DNA of 64,000 nt, taken from NCBI RefSeq assembly GCF_009914755.1, contig NC_060926.1. The stretch is one strand, 5' to 3'. Made by a program: the position numbers and the translations under genes. The stretch is from the human T2T-CHM13v2.0 reference genome, Homo sapiens. This document shows, one piece after another, positions 47,374-61,185 of this stretch. The stretch's first letter is position 1. Each line of letters begins with the position of its first letter. Under the pieces are notes generated by a model that was not told the DNA's origin, did not search any database, and saw nothing but the letters and a program-made list of their open reading frames with translations.

Positions 47374-48250
47374 CTCCACTCCATCCTCCACTCTCTACTC
47401 CGTCCACCACTCTCTTCTCCACTCCATCCTCCATCTCTCCTCCACTCCATCCTCCACGTCCTCCTCCACTCCTTCCTCCACTCCATCCTCCACTACATCC
47501 TCCACTGTTTCCTCCACTCCGTCGTCCTCTCCACTCCCTCCTCCACTCCATCCTCCACTCCCTCCTCCACTCCTGCTCCACTCCATCCTCTACTGTCTCC
47601 TCCACTCAATCCTCCACTCCCTCCTCCACTCCATCCTCCATCCTGAACCCCATCCTCCACTCCCTCCTCCACTCCATCCTCCACTCCATCCTCCACTGTC
47701 TCCTCCACTCCATCCTCCACTCTCTCCTCCACTCCATCCTCCACTCCCTCCTCCACTCCATCCTCCACTCCCTCCTCCACTCCCTCCTCCACTCCATCCT
47801 CCATTCCATCCTCCACCCCATCCTCCACTCCCTCCTCCACTGTCTCCTCCACTCCCTCCTCCACTCCCTCCTCCACTGTCTCCTCCACTCCCTCCTCCAC
47901 TCCATCCTCCACTCCCTCCTCCACTCTCTCCTCCACTCCATACTCCACTGTCTCTACTCCCTGCTGCACTCCCTCCTCCATCCTCCACTCCCTCCTCCAC
48001 TCCATCCTCCATTCCATCTTCCACTCCATCCTTCACTTCCTCCTCCACTCCATTCTCCACTGTCTCCTCTACTCCCTCCTTCACTCTCTCCTCCACTCCA
48101 TCTTCCATTCCATCCTCCACTCCCTCCTTTACTCCATCCTCCACTCTCCTCCACTCCATCCTCCACTCTCTCCTCCACTCCATCCTCCACTCCCTCCTTC
48201 ACTGTCTCCTCCACTCTTCTCCACTCCATCTTCCACTCTCTGCTCCACTC
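47374..48250. repeat. About 880-bp 12-mer VNTR (CTCCACTCCATC / CTCCACTCCCTC variants)
   Basis: Roughly 70 degenerate units; C/T-rich top strand. Confidence 0.95.
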
Positions 48251-48709
48251 AGGAAAACAAGTTTCCACCTTCACTTTTATTTCAAAATCGTGAGGGTTCT
48301 CTTGGTGTCGTGTATAAATGTAAGATGATGAAGGAACAAAAGAGGGGATGATGTGGCCTGTGATTAAGGAATTCAGCACAGAGATTAAAGGTGGGACAGA
48401 TGGTGACAGTGGCAGTGCCCGGCTCGAGGTCCAGACTCAGCTCTGGGCTCTTTTGGTGGATGATACCTGGGCCACAGCCTCGGCCATGAGGCCCAAGGTT
48501 CGTGCTGAGGATTTTAAGGTCTCCATCAGGCACAGGCAGCAGTGGGCCCAGCAAACTGGACTGAAAAGTTCACGGTCATAATTGTAGTTAAATAAAACTC
48601 AGAAACTCGATCTGGCCCAGGGGTGAAATACACCACAGTTTTTTCCCACACAGTGGTTTGGCTAATGGAAAGTTTACTGCTGGACTATGAGGCTCCATGA
48701 CCAGTGGCC

Positions 48710-48848
48710 GTGGGTGGGGACAGGCAGGCACTGCAATGCTTTGACTGGGCTTCGTGCCCCACCTAGGGGCTCTGGCCTCGCAGCACTGTCTCCAGGCCCA
48801 GGACCCTGCAGCACGCTGCACTGGCCCTGCCCCTCTGCCCTCACCCAC
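48710..48848 (+). repeat. Interspersed duplicated segment, copy 1
   Basis: About 90% identical to 50599-50750. Confidence 0.9.
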
Positions 48849-50598
48849 TCTCTGGCTGGTCTCAGGGGTCAGAGAGCAAAGCAGGTCCCCAAGCCAGACA
48901 GACGTGGCATCAAACCTCATAGCCTTCCAAAGCGATGGAGACACAGCAAAAGCTGACGCCTGTCACCTGTGAATCAGGCTCCAGTTCTCTCACCGAGGCC
49001 TGTCACCAAACGCCCTGAGTCCCCGTTACAGCGGCCTTCTGCTCTTACAGCAGCAAACCCAGCACTGAGCTTTTCTCTTCTGCTCTGTTGGTTCTCCAAC
49101 ATCTACCATCAGTAGCCACCCCCGCTCCTGATGTCACCCTCCCATGTTAAGGATAGATCCCAGTTCCACTCTCCAGAATCCTGGGTCCTCTGGCTCTGAA
49201 AATGCCCTGAATCTCTCCCACCCTCATCTCAGCCCATCAGTGACCCTCTTCCTGCCAGCCACCCGCTCGTATACCCAGGGCTCCCGTTAACCTTCCAGCC
49301 CTGACTCCTGCGGGATGACAGCCCAAGAAGAAGAGGGCACAGGGGTTCCACCCAGCGACGAGAGGGTCTAAGCAGAGATGAGAGGAGGGGCCCAGCCTCT
49401 GCTCCTCCTCTTGTCCTGGTGCCTTTGGCTCCATAAATTCCCAGAAGCAAGATGGCGCCATGGGCCTAAAGCTGGCATTAAACCAATATGATTTCAGGGG
49501 CAAGACCAAACTGCTGTTCCGAATTTTAGTCTGCGATTGGGCCAAAATGGCATTATCACTTTCCTGGGCAGAGGATCCTCATTTCTGAGTCCCTGTCCTA
49601 GGCCGGGGCCAAGGGCTCCAGCCGCAGTGGCAGCAAAGCCAAGACTCTCCCCTAACTCAGCATGGAGGGGAGGGAAGGAAGACCAGGGCCAGGCAGCGGG
49701 CTGGGAGTCGGGGGTGTGGGAGCCAAGACGGGGATTGGACTAGGGCCAGGGAGGGCCCTGAAGGTAGGTGCTAAGCTGAGGTGTGTGAGGGACCCTCTGG
49801 GAGGTCTTGACCCCATGGGATGCGGAGTTGGGTTTTCCTAGCCCTGGCTCCTGCCTCCGTCCCCCTGGCCTACAGCCCCTGCATGCCTTGGTCCCTGCCT
49901 GCTCCTCCCAATGCCACCGCATGCCACCTTTAGGCTCTTGTGGGACCTCAACTCCTCAGCTTCCTGCCCCTCTCCACCTCCAGCTCTCAGACCTTTCCCC
50001 TCCCTGTCACTGAACACACTGTGAGGCCCTTGCTTTGAGAGGGCAGGGAGGGCCTGGGACTGTTCCCACGGTGTCCTGTCGGGGCCAGGCACAAGCTCAA
50101 ACTTAAATGTGCATATGGGTCACTGGGCAGGGCCTCGCGGGCCTGAGAGCTTGCACTCTAAGGAGCCCAGGTGCTGTCGATGTTGCTCAGCTTCTGGTCG
50201 CAATGCAAGGGTCCCTTCCTGAGCTCACCACACGCTGGGGTCACTCCGGGCTGTGGCTACCACTGGGCCTCGCTTCTGCCTTCTGCAAAAACCACAAACT
50301 CCCCAGGGCAGCACATGTGTCACAGACGTCTTTTTAACAGCTTTATTGAGGTATAATTGACAACAGTCAACTCTATGTGTTTAAAGTATACAATGTGGTG
50401 AATTTTGACGTGTGTAAACAACCATAAAATCATCGCCATAATCAAGATCGACACAGTCAACGTCACTCCCAACAGTTTCCTCTGGGCCCCTTGTAATTCC
50501 TCCCACCTCACCCCATGTTTAGGCAATTGACATTTCTTGTCATGATAGATTAGTTTGCACTTTCTAGAATTTTATACATACAAGGTAAGGCAAGATAG

Positions 50599-50750
50599 GT
50601 GGGTGGGGACAGGCAGGCGCTGCAATGCCTTGGCTGAGGTTCATACCCCACCCAGGGGGCTCTGGCCTGGCAGCCCTGTCTCCACACCCAAGACCCTGCA
50701 GCACGCTGCCCTGGCCCTGCCCCTGCCCCTGCCCCTCTGCCCTCACCCAC
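50599..50750 (+). repeat. Interspersed duplicated segment, copy 2, inside L1M
   Basis: Same GTGGGTG...CACCCAC unit with an extra 2x GCCCCT. Confidence 0.9.
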
Positions 50751-50862
50751 AGTGAAGACACCTCATCACACAAGATATATTCTTTTTTTGACTGGCTTCT
50801 TTCATTCAGAATAATTATTTTGAGATTCATCCCTGTTGTGGTGTGTACCAATAATTTAGTCC

Positions 50863-51190
50863 TTTTTATTTATTTATTTATTTTTATTTTTATTTATTTA
50901 TTTTTTTGAGATGGAGTCTCACTCTGTCGCCCAGGCTGGAGTGCAGTGCCATGATCTCAGCTCACTACAAGCTCCGCCTTCTGGGTTCACGCCATTCTGA
51001 CTGCCTCAGCCTCCTGAGTAGCTGGGACTACAGGCGCCCACTACCACGCCCAGCTAATTTTTTTGTATTTTTAGTAGAGACGGGGTTTCACCATGTTAGC
51101 CAGGATAGTCTCGATCTCCTGACCTTGTGACCCACCTGTCTCGGCCTCCCAAAGTGCTGGAATTACAGGTGTGAACCATCGCACCTGGCC
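50863..51190 (-). mobile_element. AluY-like with (TTTA)n tail
   Basis: Reverse Alu; TSD TAG(T/A)CCTTTTTATT. Confidence 0.92.
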
Positions 51191-51323
51191 TAGACCTTTT
51201 TATTAGTAGTAGTATTCCATTGTACAGATATGTCACAATTGGTATATGTGCCTACTACAAATAAAGCTGCTGTGAACGTTCATGTACACATCTCGGTATG
51301 GACACACATTTTGTTTCTCTTCA

Positions 51324-51536
<213 letters not shown>

Positions 51537-52734
51537 TTATACCAATTTATATTCCCACCAGAAGTGTATGAGAATTCCTTCCAGTTGCTCCACATCCTCA
51601 CCAACACTTGGTATGGTCAGTCTTTCTAATTCAAACATTCTAATGGGTGTGTAGTGCTTTCTCGCTATGGTTTTAATTCATGTCTCCCTAATGACTAATG
51701 ATGTTGAGCAACTTTTCATGGGAGTATTTGTCATCCAAATGACTTCTTTGGTGAGGTGTCTGTTCAAATCTTTTGCTAATGTTTCGATTGGGTTGTTTAT
51801 TTCTTATTTATCACATTTGAGAGTTCTTTACATATTCTTGATACAAGCCCTTTATCAGACATGTACTTTGCAAACAGTTTCTCCCAGTCTGTGGTTTGTC
51901 TTTTCATGCTTTTCCAAATGTCTTTCAAAGAGCAGAAGTTCTTAATTTTGATGAAGTCCAATTTATCAATTTTTTTATTTTAGGAATCACGTTTTTGGTG
52001 TTGTATCTAAGAAATGTTTGTTTCCATTTCAGTGCCTGGCCCTAGGCATGTATGCCCCTGTTGCTCAATCAGTGCTTGTGTCCGGCAGAGCAAAGGTTGA
52101 GGCAGGCTGGCCACGGGACTTTGGCAATAGATGAAGGAAGACTAGAGGTGCGAGGAGACATGGCTCCAGAGGGCTGAAGAAACACTGGTAGTACCTTGAG
52201 ATGTCCCAGGAGGTGAGCAGGACAGGCTGCAGCTGCGAAGGCAGGCCTGGGGCAGGGAGGTGCAACTTGGGAGCTTGGATGCTGTGTTCTCCTGCCATTG
52301 GTGGCAAGTGGCATCTCTCTCCTTTCCTTCCTCTCCCTCCTCTCCTCCTGTCCATCCTTCCTTCTTTATTTCTACCTTCTTTTTATTTCTTGCTTGCTTG
52401 TTTGTAAGCTGGCTTTACATCTCTTTTGTGAACTCTTTGCCCTATTTCTCTCCTGGGGTCTTCTTGTCTATCCATGTAGGGGACCTCTGCATGTAGTAAA
52501 GGCACCAACCTTTTCTTTCCTATTGCTCCCAATCTTCCTCGGAATCATGATTTTCTGTCTTTTGACCCTGCCAACCTTTGCAGGCTTTGACCAAACCACC
52601 ATAGAACATTCTCAGACAAGTCACTTCTCTCAGGCTCCCAAGTGTGCTCTCTCTCCCCAGTGACCCCAGACCTGCTGGGGTGGAGGAAGGGGTCCATCTA
52701 TTTAGGTGAGGAAGGGGTAGATCTGGGTCTTCTA

Positions 52735-52935
<201 letters not shown>

Positions 52936-53154
52936 TCAAGAAGACTTGTCATTCTCACAGTCTTTGCTGCCCCCCACCAAAAGTTTCCCCATGTTCTGGT
53001 GCCCCTGTCTCCTCCCCATCTGCTAGGGCAAGCCGTTTGTGGGAGACAGATCACAATAACAGCATCAGTCTGGAATCTTTAGTCATGAGTGACCAAAACC
53101 ACAAATGAAAAATTATTGGCTCCTGTAACCAAACCAGGGGAGGCAGGGTAGCAC

Positions 53155-53748
53155 CTAAATTGCCACACAAACATAGTGGCTTAAAACAGCTCACACTGAC
53201 CATCTCACAGTTTCTGCAGGTCAGAAGTCCAGGCCGGCTCAGTTAGTTCTCAGCTCAGAATTTTATAAGGTTGGAATCAAGGTGTCTGTCAGCCACCGGG
53301 GCTTTACTGGGAGGCTCAGGAAGCTCTTGGGTCTAGGCTCATCAGAGCATGGGCAGAATCCAGTTCCTCAAGGGTGTGGGACTGAGGTTCCTGTTTCCTG
53401 GCTGGTGTCAGCCAGGGCTGTCCTTGGCTCCTCAAGGACCCCTCTGGAGTCTCTGGACCAAATATGGGTCCAGTAAAGGAGGCCAAAGCCATCTCATGCG
53501 CAGAATCTCTAACTTTCTCTTCTGCTGCATCACCTCTGCTTGCAGCCAGCGACAGTTCCTTGCTTTTATGGACTCGTGTGATTAGATTGGACCACCCCAG
53601 ATAATCCAAGATAATTTTTCTGTTTTAAGGTCCATGACCTTAATTACATCTGCAAAGGCCCTTTTTTCCCTGTGACCTAACATAGTCCCAGGTTCCAGGG
53701 ACAAGGGTATGGATATCTTTGGGGAAAGAGCATTCATTTGCCCACTGC
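53155..53748 (-). mobile_element. MaLR LTR (MLT1E-like)
   Basis: AGTGGCTTAAAACAGC...GATTAGATTGGACCACCCCAGATAATCCAAGATAAT...GGATATCTTTGGGG. Confidence 0.75.
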
Positions 53749-54269
53749 AGGGCCTCGAAACCAGGATTCCAGCCCTGTTCAGACTCTGGTTTCTCTGTTT
53801 TGCTTTGCGTGTTGTTTTAGTCTTTTCCCTGCAGTGAAGGGGCCTGGGGTGCACAGCACAATATTTCCCCAATATATTCAGAGTCACACCTTAAAAACCC
53901 TGATGATCAGAGACCAGTGCCCTTTGAAAATCCCCAGGGAAGGGCCTTGATCACAGGCCCATCCCTTGGACCAAGCACATTGTTGGGGTGCAAGGGGTAT
54001 AAGGTACCATGACTGGTCCAACCTGGCCAAGAGGCCACCCCTGAGACTAGAGGAGTGAGGTCTCTACTAAAAGATGGAGACAGGTGCTAGCTACAAAGCC
54101 AGAAATGATGTTGTGATTATCATCATAGGGGGCCACCTGTGGACCCTGCTAGTGGGGCTCAGGGAGGCTGCTGCCTTAGTGCTTCACTGCAACCCTGGGA
54201 GGTCACACTATTATTATTATTTTTTTTAGAAAATATATAATAATAATATTATTTATTATCATTTATGCT

Positions 54270-54526
54270 GGGAAGCAGTGGTGCAGTCATGGCTCACTGC
54301 AGCCTCAATTTCCCAGGCTCGCCTCAGCCTCAGCCTCCTCTCACCTCAGCCTCAGCCTCCAAAACCACAGGCACGCACCACCACACCCTGCTAATTTTTA
54401 AATTTTTGTAGAGACGGGGGTCTCACTGTGTTGCCCAGGCTGGTCTTGAGCTCCTGAGCTCAAGTGATCCTCCTGCCTCCGTCTCCCAAAGTGCTGGGAT
54501 TACAGGCGTGAGCCGCCACGCCTGGC
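54270..54526 (-). mobile_element. AluJ
   Basis: Reverse Alu with internal CCTCAG repeats. Confidence 0.85.
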
Positions 54527-55866
54527 CGGGTTGCATTATTAACGCTACTCTAATGGCACCAAGTCCCAGCCCCACCACCCACCTGCCTCAGTTTCCTTCT
54601 CTGTAAAATGGGACTAACAAGAATCTGTGCCTGGCCAGGCTGTAGGGCTGCTGGGGAAGCAGAGAGGAGGGTGTGTGTGAAGAGGAGGCTTCGCGTGTGT
54701 GAGGAGGCCTTTGGCCAGAGCCTGGGAAGGACTTCTGGAGCCCTCCAGCTCTCCAGCCCACCTCTCTCCCAGGGCAGCAGAGCCACGGGCAGAGAGATCT
54801 GGCGGGCCTAGTGGGAGCAGGGCTGCCCAGCCTGCACCTGGTCAGGCTCTGCTCCATGAAAAGGCAGCCATTCAGGGCCAGCTTGGACGGCAGCCGGGTG
54901 ACGAGAGACAGGGAGCCCTGTGCTCCGGAGAGGAAGCAGGCCTCCGTGTGGCCTCAGCGTGGGGCTGAGCTGCCAGCTCAGGAGGGGAGGCGCCCGAGAG
55001 GGAAGACTAAGCTAGTGTTTGGGGCTGAGGGGCTGAAAGGAGGCTGTGTGTACCCAGGCTGGCCGCCCGGCGGGCGGGATGTGAGTCATGGTGGCCTGGG
55101 GGAGGGTGCTGCCTGGGCCCAGCTGTCCAGGGCGAGGGGCACAATGCCCACCGCGGGTGAATATGTGGCAGTATGTGCTGGGGGTGGGGCTGAGGCTCTG
55201 CACATCTGGCCAAGCCGCCCCAGGCTCCCTGGGGTGGGCACACCCCATTGCCCTCTGAATATGGCTGCCCCTCCTCCCTGCCCAGGTCTCCAGGCTGCCA
55301 TGCTGGCGATGTGGTCCCGTAGTTGCTCAGCCAGTGGGCATCAGCCCCGCCCTTCTGCGTGCTGCCCACCAGGAAAACGGAAAGGCCGGTCCCTGCTCTT
55401 AGTGGTGCCCCGTGTGGTGGGACAGGTGGAGGAGGGACAGACAGAGGAGGCTCGTGCAGGGGAACGCCAGCCAAGGAGGGAGCGCCTGCTCCAAGGGAGG
55501 GGGCATTTGAGGTGGGTTTTGAAAGATGAGCAGGAACTCACTGGATTCTAAAAGGCGGGTGGAGAGAGCACATTTGAGCAGAAGGAAGGCTGGGATCTGA
55601 GTGAACGGAGACCAGGGTTGCTGGATTGAGGTTGGGGGCAGATGCGGGTGGTGTTAAGGGTTTGTGGACAGTGCCCAGAGGGCCCTGAAGGTGATGGGAG
55701 GCACAGACTTGAGAACTTGGGCAAAGATCACAAGGGCTGCTCACGGATGTAACAGGGCCCTGCCTGGTCCTCAGCCCCTTCCCAAGGGCCTACCAGGCAG
55801 AGTTTCACTGGTAACAGATGAGCTGGCTCAGGGAGGCCCCTTCCACCTGGGAAAGGCCATGGACAT

Positions 55867-56145
55867 GGTGTGTGTGTGTGTACGTCTCTGGCTGTGTGTG
55901 GATGGGTGTGTGTGTGTGTGTGTGTTTTTTACCAAGTGTGCATGTATCTCAGGTGTGTGAGGGTTACATGCATGTCTGTGTATCTGACCTCTATGTGTAT
56001 AGGCATGGTTTGTGTCTCTCCAAATATGCGTGTGTGTCTGTATGTGTATGCATGTCCCTGAGTGTGTGTGTTCATGCGTCTGGGTTCACACGTATGCCTG
56101 CGTGTTTCTGTGCGTGTGTTTGTGAGAGTGTGTGTCTATGTGTGC
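55867..56145. repeat. (TG)n-rich low-complexity region
   Basis: Interrupted TG runs. Confidence 0.85.
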
Positions 56146-56699
56146 CCACCAACGCCCCTGCCGACAGCAGCCTAGGTGCAGCCCCGCCGCCCTGTGTCCG
56201 GGGCGCGCTGCTCCACTTCTTCTTTGCCTTCTGAGCCCTCTTTGCTGGGCTTCCAGTTCCTGGGCATCTTTGAACTCCAGCTTCTCTCTCTGGCTGCCCA
56301 GCTCCACCCTGACTTTCCTGGGTCCCAAACCCAAAAAGCTCAGAGCAGCCAATGGGTGCCTGGGCACAGGAAAGGGTCCAGAGAGCTGCCCAGCCCCAGA
56401 AGGAGCTGCGTCCTCCCTCCACTGGCCAGCCTGCGGCTCCTCCCCACCCCAGAAAGAAGGGCTGATCAGGAGCACATGTGGAGGCATTTCCCAGCACCTC
56501 TCACCTGATTCTCCAGCCTTCTGGGACTCTCATCTAGGGCTCTGTTTTGGATGATCTGAGAGTCCCAGGGGCTTGGCATGAGTGGGAGACCAGGCCCAGG
56601 CATCTCTGCAGCTGCTGAGTGAGCCTCTGGAACCAGGTTTTCTTGATAACAGCAGCTTCCTTTGACGGATCTGCCCACTCCAGGCTGTTCTCATGGGGC

Positions 56700-57125
56700 T
56701 GCAAATCTCAGGACTTGTCCCAACCACAGAAGGGAATGCATAACCCAGGCCTGGCCCACTGTGGTACCCCCGCCCCCCCGCAACGTGATCATTGGCCTAG
56801 GTTGGGGACATGACTGAAGTGAGACTAGTGAGAGTCCTTCCCTAGACATCTGTATATGGAGGCCGAGACAGGGAAAAACCTCTCTTTTCTCTGAGGTCCC
56901 TGAGATGAGGTGACAAATGCCTCAGCCCATTTGCGAGCCTGTGTTTCTCCTGCTCTTCATGAAGAAGTCCGCAGACCTTAGGGAAGAGCTAGGGGCTGGG
57001 CAACTGTCCAGAGAGAGAGGCTGTGGAGGGAGAGGGGATCCTGTTATATGAGCCAACAAATCCCTCTGGCTGGAGCCACCTTGGGTCGGGCTGCTGTCTC
57101 TCACAACCAGAGGAGCCCTGAGCGA
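56700..57125 (+). mobile_element. Old MaLR LTR (MLT1J/K-like)
   Basis: TATATGAGCCAACAAATCCCT...CTCTCACAACCAGAGGAGCCCTGA 3' motif. Confidence 0.45.
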
Positions 57126-57696
57126 TCCGTGCCTGGAACCACACAGCTGGGTTTCCAGGGAGCACCTTTGCCTGGCCCTCGACATGCCTCATCGTTCCTC
57201 CCTGGCCTTCTCAGATCCTGCACAGAGGCTGTGGACACCCTCTTCCATTCCTCAAGCTCTAAACCCACTTCTGCTTCCTCAACTGCCACCTATTTCAGTG
57301 GGAAATTTTAACTTCCTTAACTCGTTCCTTTCTGGCCCCAATTGCTTCCATTGCCGCTTCCCCATTCTGTCCTCCTCCTGCCCAGGTTCAATGACGCAGT
57401 GGCCCTCCTCTGGCCCTGGCTCAAGGCCCACCAAGAGAGCAGGGATTGGAGGGCTGAAAACCGGTGGTTCCCAAACCTGCCTACACTTTGAGAATCACTG
57501 GGAATCTCTGGGAAATTACAGTCTCCTAGGCAGCATCCTTGCATGCAGGCTCTGGAATTGGTAAGAAGCACCTCCTCTGGGAGGGCAAGGTGTCTTCCTG
57601 GTTGTTGGGCTTGGCTTTATTGGGCAGGACTGGGCCATGGAAGGGCACCTCAGGGTTCCCCGCAGCAGGATGCTGCCTGGCATGCTGCTTCTATGA

Positions 57697-58064
<368 letters not shown>

Positions 58065-60920
58065 TGATCTGGGCTTCTTTCTGGCCCAGTCTTCCCTTGG
58101 GCAAGGGGAGTTCCCAGACTCCAGACCACCCACACCTTGAAGACACGGTCATCTCCTCCTACCTCGCTGCTTGCTCCATCCTGGCCTTCTCCTCCTCCCA
58201 CCCCTTCAAAGGAAGACCTGTCCCCCAGGGAAATGTGTTCTCCCTTTTCATTTTCCATCCCTACTTCCCTTCCTGCCCTAGATCCACACACTGCCTTGGC
58301 TTCACACAGGAGCCATTTCTGGGAGACATCAGTTTACCTGGGGGCACTCCCCCAGTGCTTGTCTGGGTAGTGAGCCCCTTGACTCAGCAGCCTTGAGGTC
58401 CCTCCTGCACTGCCCTGCAGGATGGGTCAGGTTCTCTGCAGAGGATATTGGTGGCCTTCAAGGACCAGAGGTAGTTGAGAAAGCGTAGGTCTCACCCCAC
58501 CCTTCCCCATCGGGTGGCATATTATAATGAAATCAACTCTCAGACCCAACGGCTACCCTACTGGAAACATCTGTTAGCACGAAGCACAGAAACAGACACC
58601 CTGCCCCTGCCCACAAGCTCAGGGAAGTCTCACTCTGTCCTGTCACAACAGCTTTTGTCAGGGTGAATTCAAGGACATGCTCACCATGACTAGCTAACCT
58701 CCAGTCAGAGCACCACCTGCGGGGGCCCAGAACCACTCAGAGAAAGTTCTAGACCCGGGGCACTGCCCTGCTGGTGGCTGGACTTGCCCAGGCACAGGCA
58801 GAGGGGACTTGCGGTGCCTCTTCCCAGGCACACATCTTCAGCAACACTCTTTTTACTACAGAACAATGATTTCCGACCCTCCCGTGTTAATGTACAGACC
58901 CTCTGCTGTGACAGTAGACAACCACATTTGAAGTGCTGGCTGTGGCTGCCCCTGGAGTGTAGACTGCTGCTCAGGGTCTTTCAAAAACACCAACTAAGTT
59001 TAACTCACACGCTCACAAAATCACAGCAGCACTGAGGCGATTACAGCCAGCATAGCTGCCTGCCCGTGGCCCCTGCTGGGCTCCGCGCTCTCGCCCCACG
59101 ATGGCCACCTCTCTGCAAGGCACGCAAGACTCCTCACCTTCTGCTTTGGGGGTCCCTCTGACCCAAGTTGGCCCCCACCTTGTCCAGTCAAGCCACTGAC
59201 CCAGTGTGTTTTCTGGCCAGTCAGATACTCCCACCCTTGGGTCTCTGCAGCCCTCGCCTCTGGGCAAAGGCCTGTGCTGGGGTTACCAGCAGGGTCGGAT
59301 TCCAACCTATTCTGGAAGGTTGAAGGGGTGGGATATAAAAGAAAGTGGAGGTGGAGGTAGGGATGGGCTGAGGGGCCAAAAGATGTACTGGGGAAGGGGG
59401 CATTTCTTGGGGTCCTCCAACGTCCTGGCTCACGAGCTTCCCCCTCCAAGGGAGCAACCTGAGGTGCACAGAGTGGCCTTGTGACAAGGACACAGAACCC
59501 ACCTCCACCTTGGCTTGGGACTCCTGCAGCCTATGCAGCCAGCTCATCCGTCACCCACCCTCTTCTCCTGGTATCTGCCACTCTGGAACTTCCCTCTACC
59601 TCTGGGCTCTGCCTTCAGCCAGGGTTGGGGACAGCAGGTAGGCAGATCCCATCGCAGACAGGCCTGCCTTCCTCAGGGCCTCGCTTAAATCCACAGGAAT
59701 CTGCTGGGGCTCTGCCCTCTGGCTGGGGCAGGTGGAACTGGCCAGATTGGCGGTGGGGGGACCACTGTGCTTGCCATAGGGACTGGCCCAGCTGCCCCAC
59801 AGGGGAGCACATTGGAGTAACAGGGGAGGCTGACCCGAGCCTGGCCCGGCTCCACACTCCCCACCCCCACCCCACCATCAGGGACTCGCATTTAATTGTC
59901 ATTCATTTCCCCTCTCTGAATTCAAACTAGGCACAGATCAAATGATTCCATGATGACAAACTGCCTGTCTCAACTGACCAGATTCCACTGGCAAACACTC
60001 CGCTGACCTTGGGCAGCTCCCTCTGCTCCCACCTCCTCTGGCCCTTGTGCTTCTGGGGCTTTGTGGAGTAGCTGGACATCAATGATAACACTAACAGTAG
60101 CCGGCCTGCCACCAAGTTCTTTACATAGGGGATGCCTATGTCTGTGCTTCATTGGCGTCATCTCACAAGGCCCTGAGCTGGCAGGAAATTGAGGTCTCAA
60201 GGGGAAAAGCCACCTGCCCCCAGTGACAACCAGGAAGTGCAAGACTCTGACCCAACGCCCATGCCTGCCATCCCCAAACATGGGCTCAAAACCCCCTTCC
60301 CAGGGACGGCTGTGTCCACCCCTCAGCAGGAGGAGGAGACCCCACAGCACCGGGTGAGAGGTCAGTGCTGAAGCCAGGGAGGCAGCTCTCAGCAGGGCAC
60401 CTGTGTGGAGCCAGGGAAGCCAGGGCCACACTTGCAGGGTGAAGTGGGGAACTCGGAAGGCTGGGCAGTGGAGCAAAATGCTTGGTGCCCTGCGGGAACC
60501 GGTGGCCAAGGCTACACTGGGATGAAGGGAGCCGTGGAGCTGCAGAATCTGCGGGTGGCCCTCAGTGGCAGGCAGCCAGGCCAACAGGGGCTTTGGGCTG
60601 CAGGTCAGCCCCTCCCCTGCTCTGGAACTTTTGGAGGGCCATTACAAAGGACATCAGCCCCAAGATACTCCTCTGAAATTCTGCCTGAAAGGCCCTTCAC
60701 ATTCCCTAATTGGCACTTACAACATTCCAGAACATTCTATGGTACCTTAAGTTTCTCCTCCCCCTCCAAAGGGCCCTTGAACCTTAAGGATAGGGCAGAA
60801 GGGGCTCCTCACCCTGGCCTCGAGGGCTTAAGATCCAGCTGAGGACTCCTAGCCTCCCTGTGTGCTGGGCAGGAAAGTAGCTCCATGTCACTGCTGTCCC
60901 TGGGAAAGGAAAAAAGGTTG

Positions 60921-60986
60921 AGGAAGGGCTCAGAGCCAGCCTTCAGACCAGGCAGGAAGGGTTCAGAGCCAGCCTTCAGGCCATGC
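60921..60986. repeat. 33-bp tandem duplication
   Basis: AGGAAGGG(C/T)TCAGAGCCAGCCTTCAG(A/G)CCA(G/T)GC x2. Confidence 0.88.
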
Positions 60987-61054
60987 AGGCCTCCTGGATG
61001 TGCTTACTAACTCTGGGCTCGCTGTTCTCTGAGCTGGCTGGGAGTTCCCCTCTG

Positions 61055-61185
61055 CACCCCCGTTTCCTCCCCTGTAAGGTGGGAATAATAGCGTATGTCT
61101 CTAGGATTAAGTGAGCCAGTCATGCATGGGCCGAGAACCAGGTTTGGCATATTGTAGCTGCTCAGTGGACGTTAGCTGTTATGAT
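61055..61185 (+). mobile_element. MIR fragment
   Basis: GTTTCCTCCCCTGTAAGGTGGGAATAATAG...GCTCAGTGGACGTTAGCTGTTAT. Confidence 0.6.

Noticed and set aside
47270-48379. Long ORFs (352, 313, 197, 178 aa) on both strands
   Set aside because: They are translations of the 12-mer VNTR (HSIL/PPPL/STPS repeats), with no splice or promoter context
54811-55551. 246-aa ORF
   Set aside because: Non-ATG start, GC-rich, no recognisable domain or splice structure
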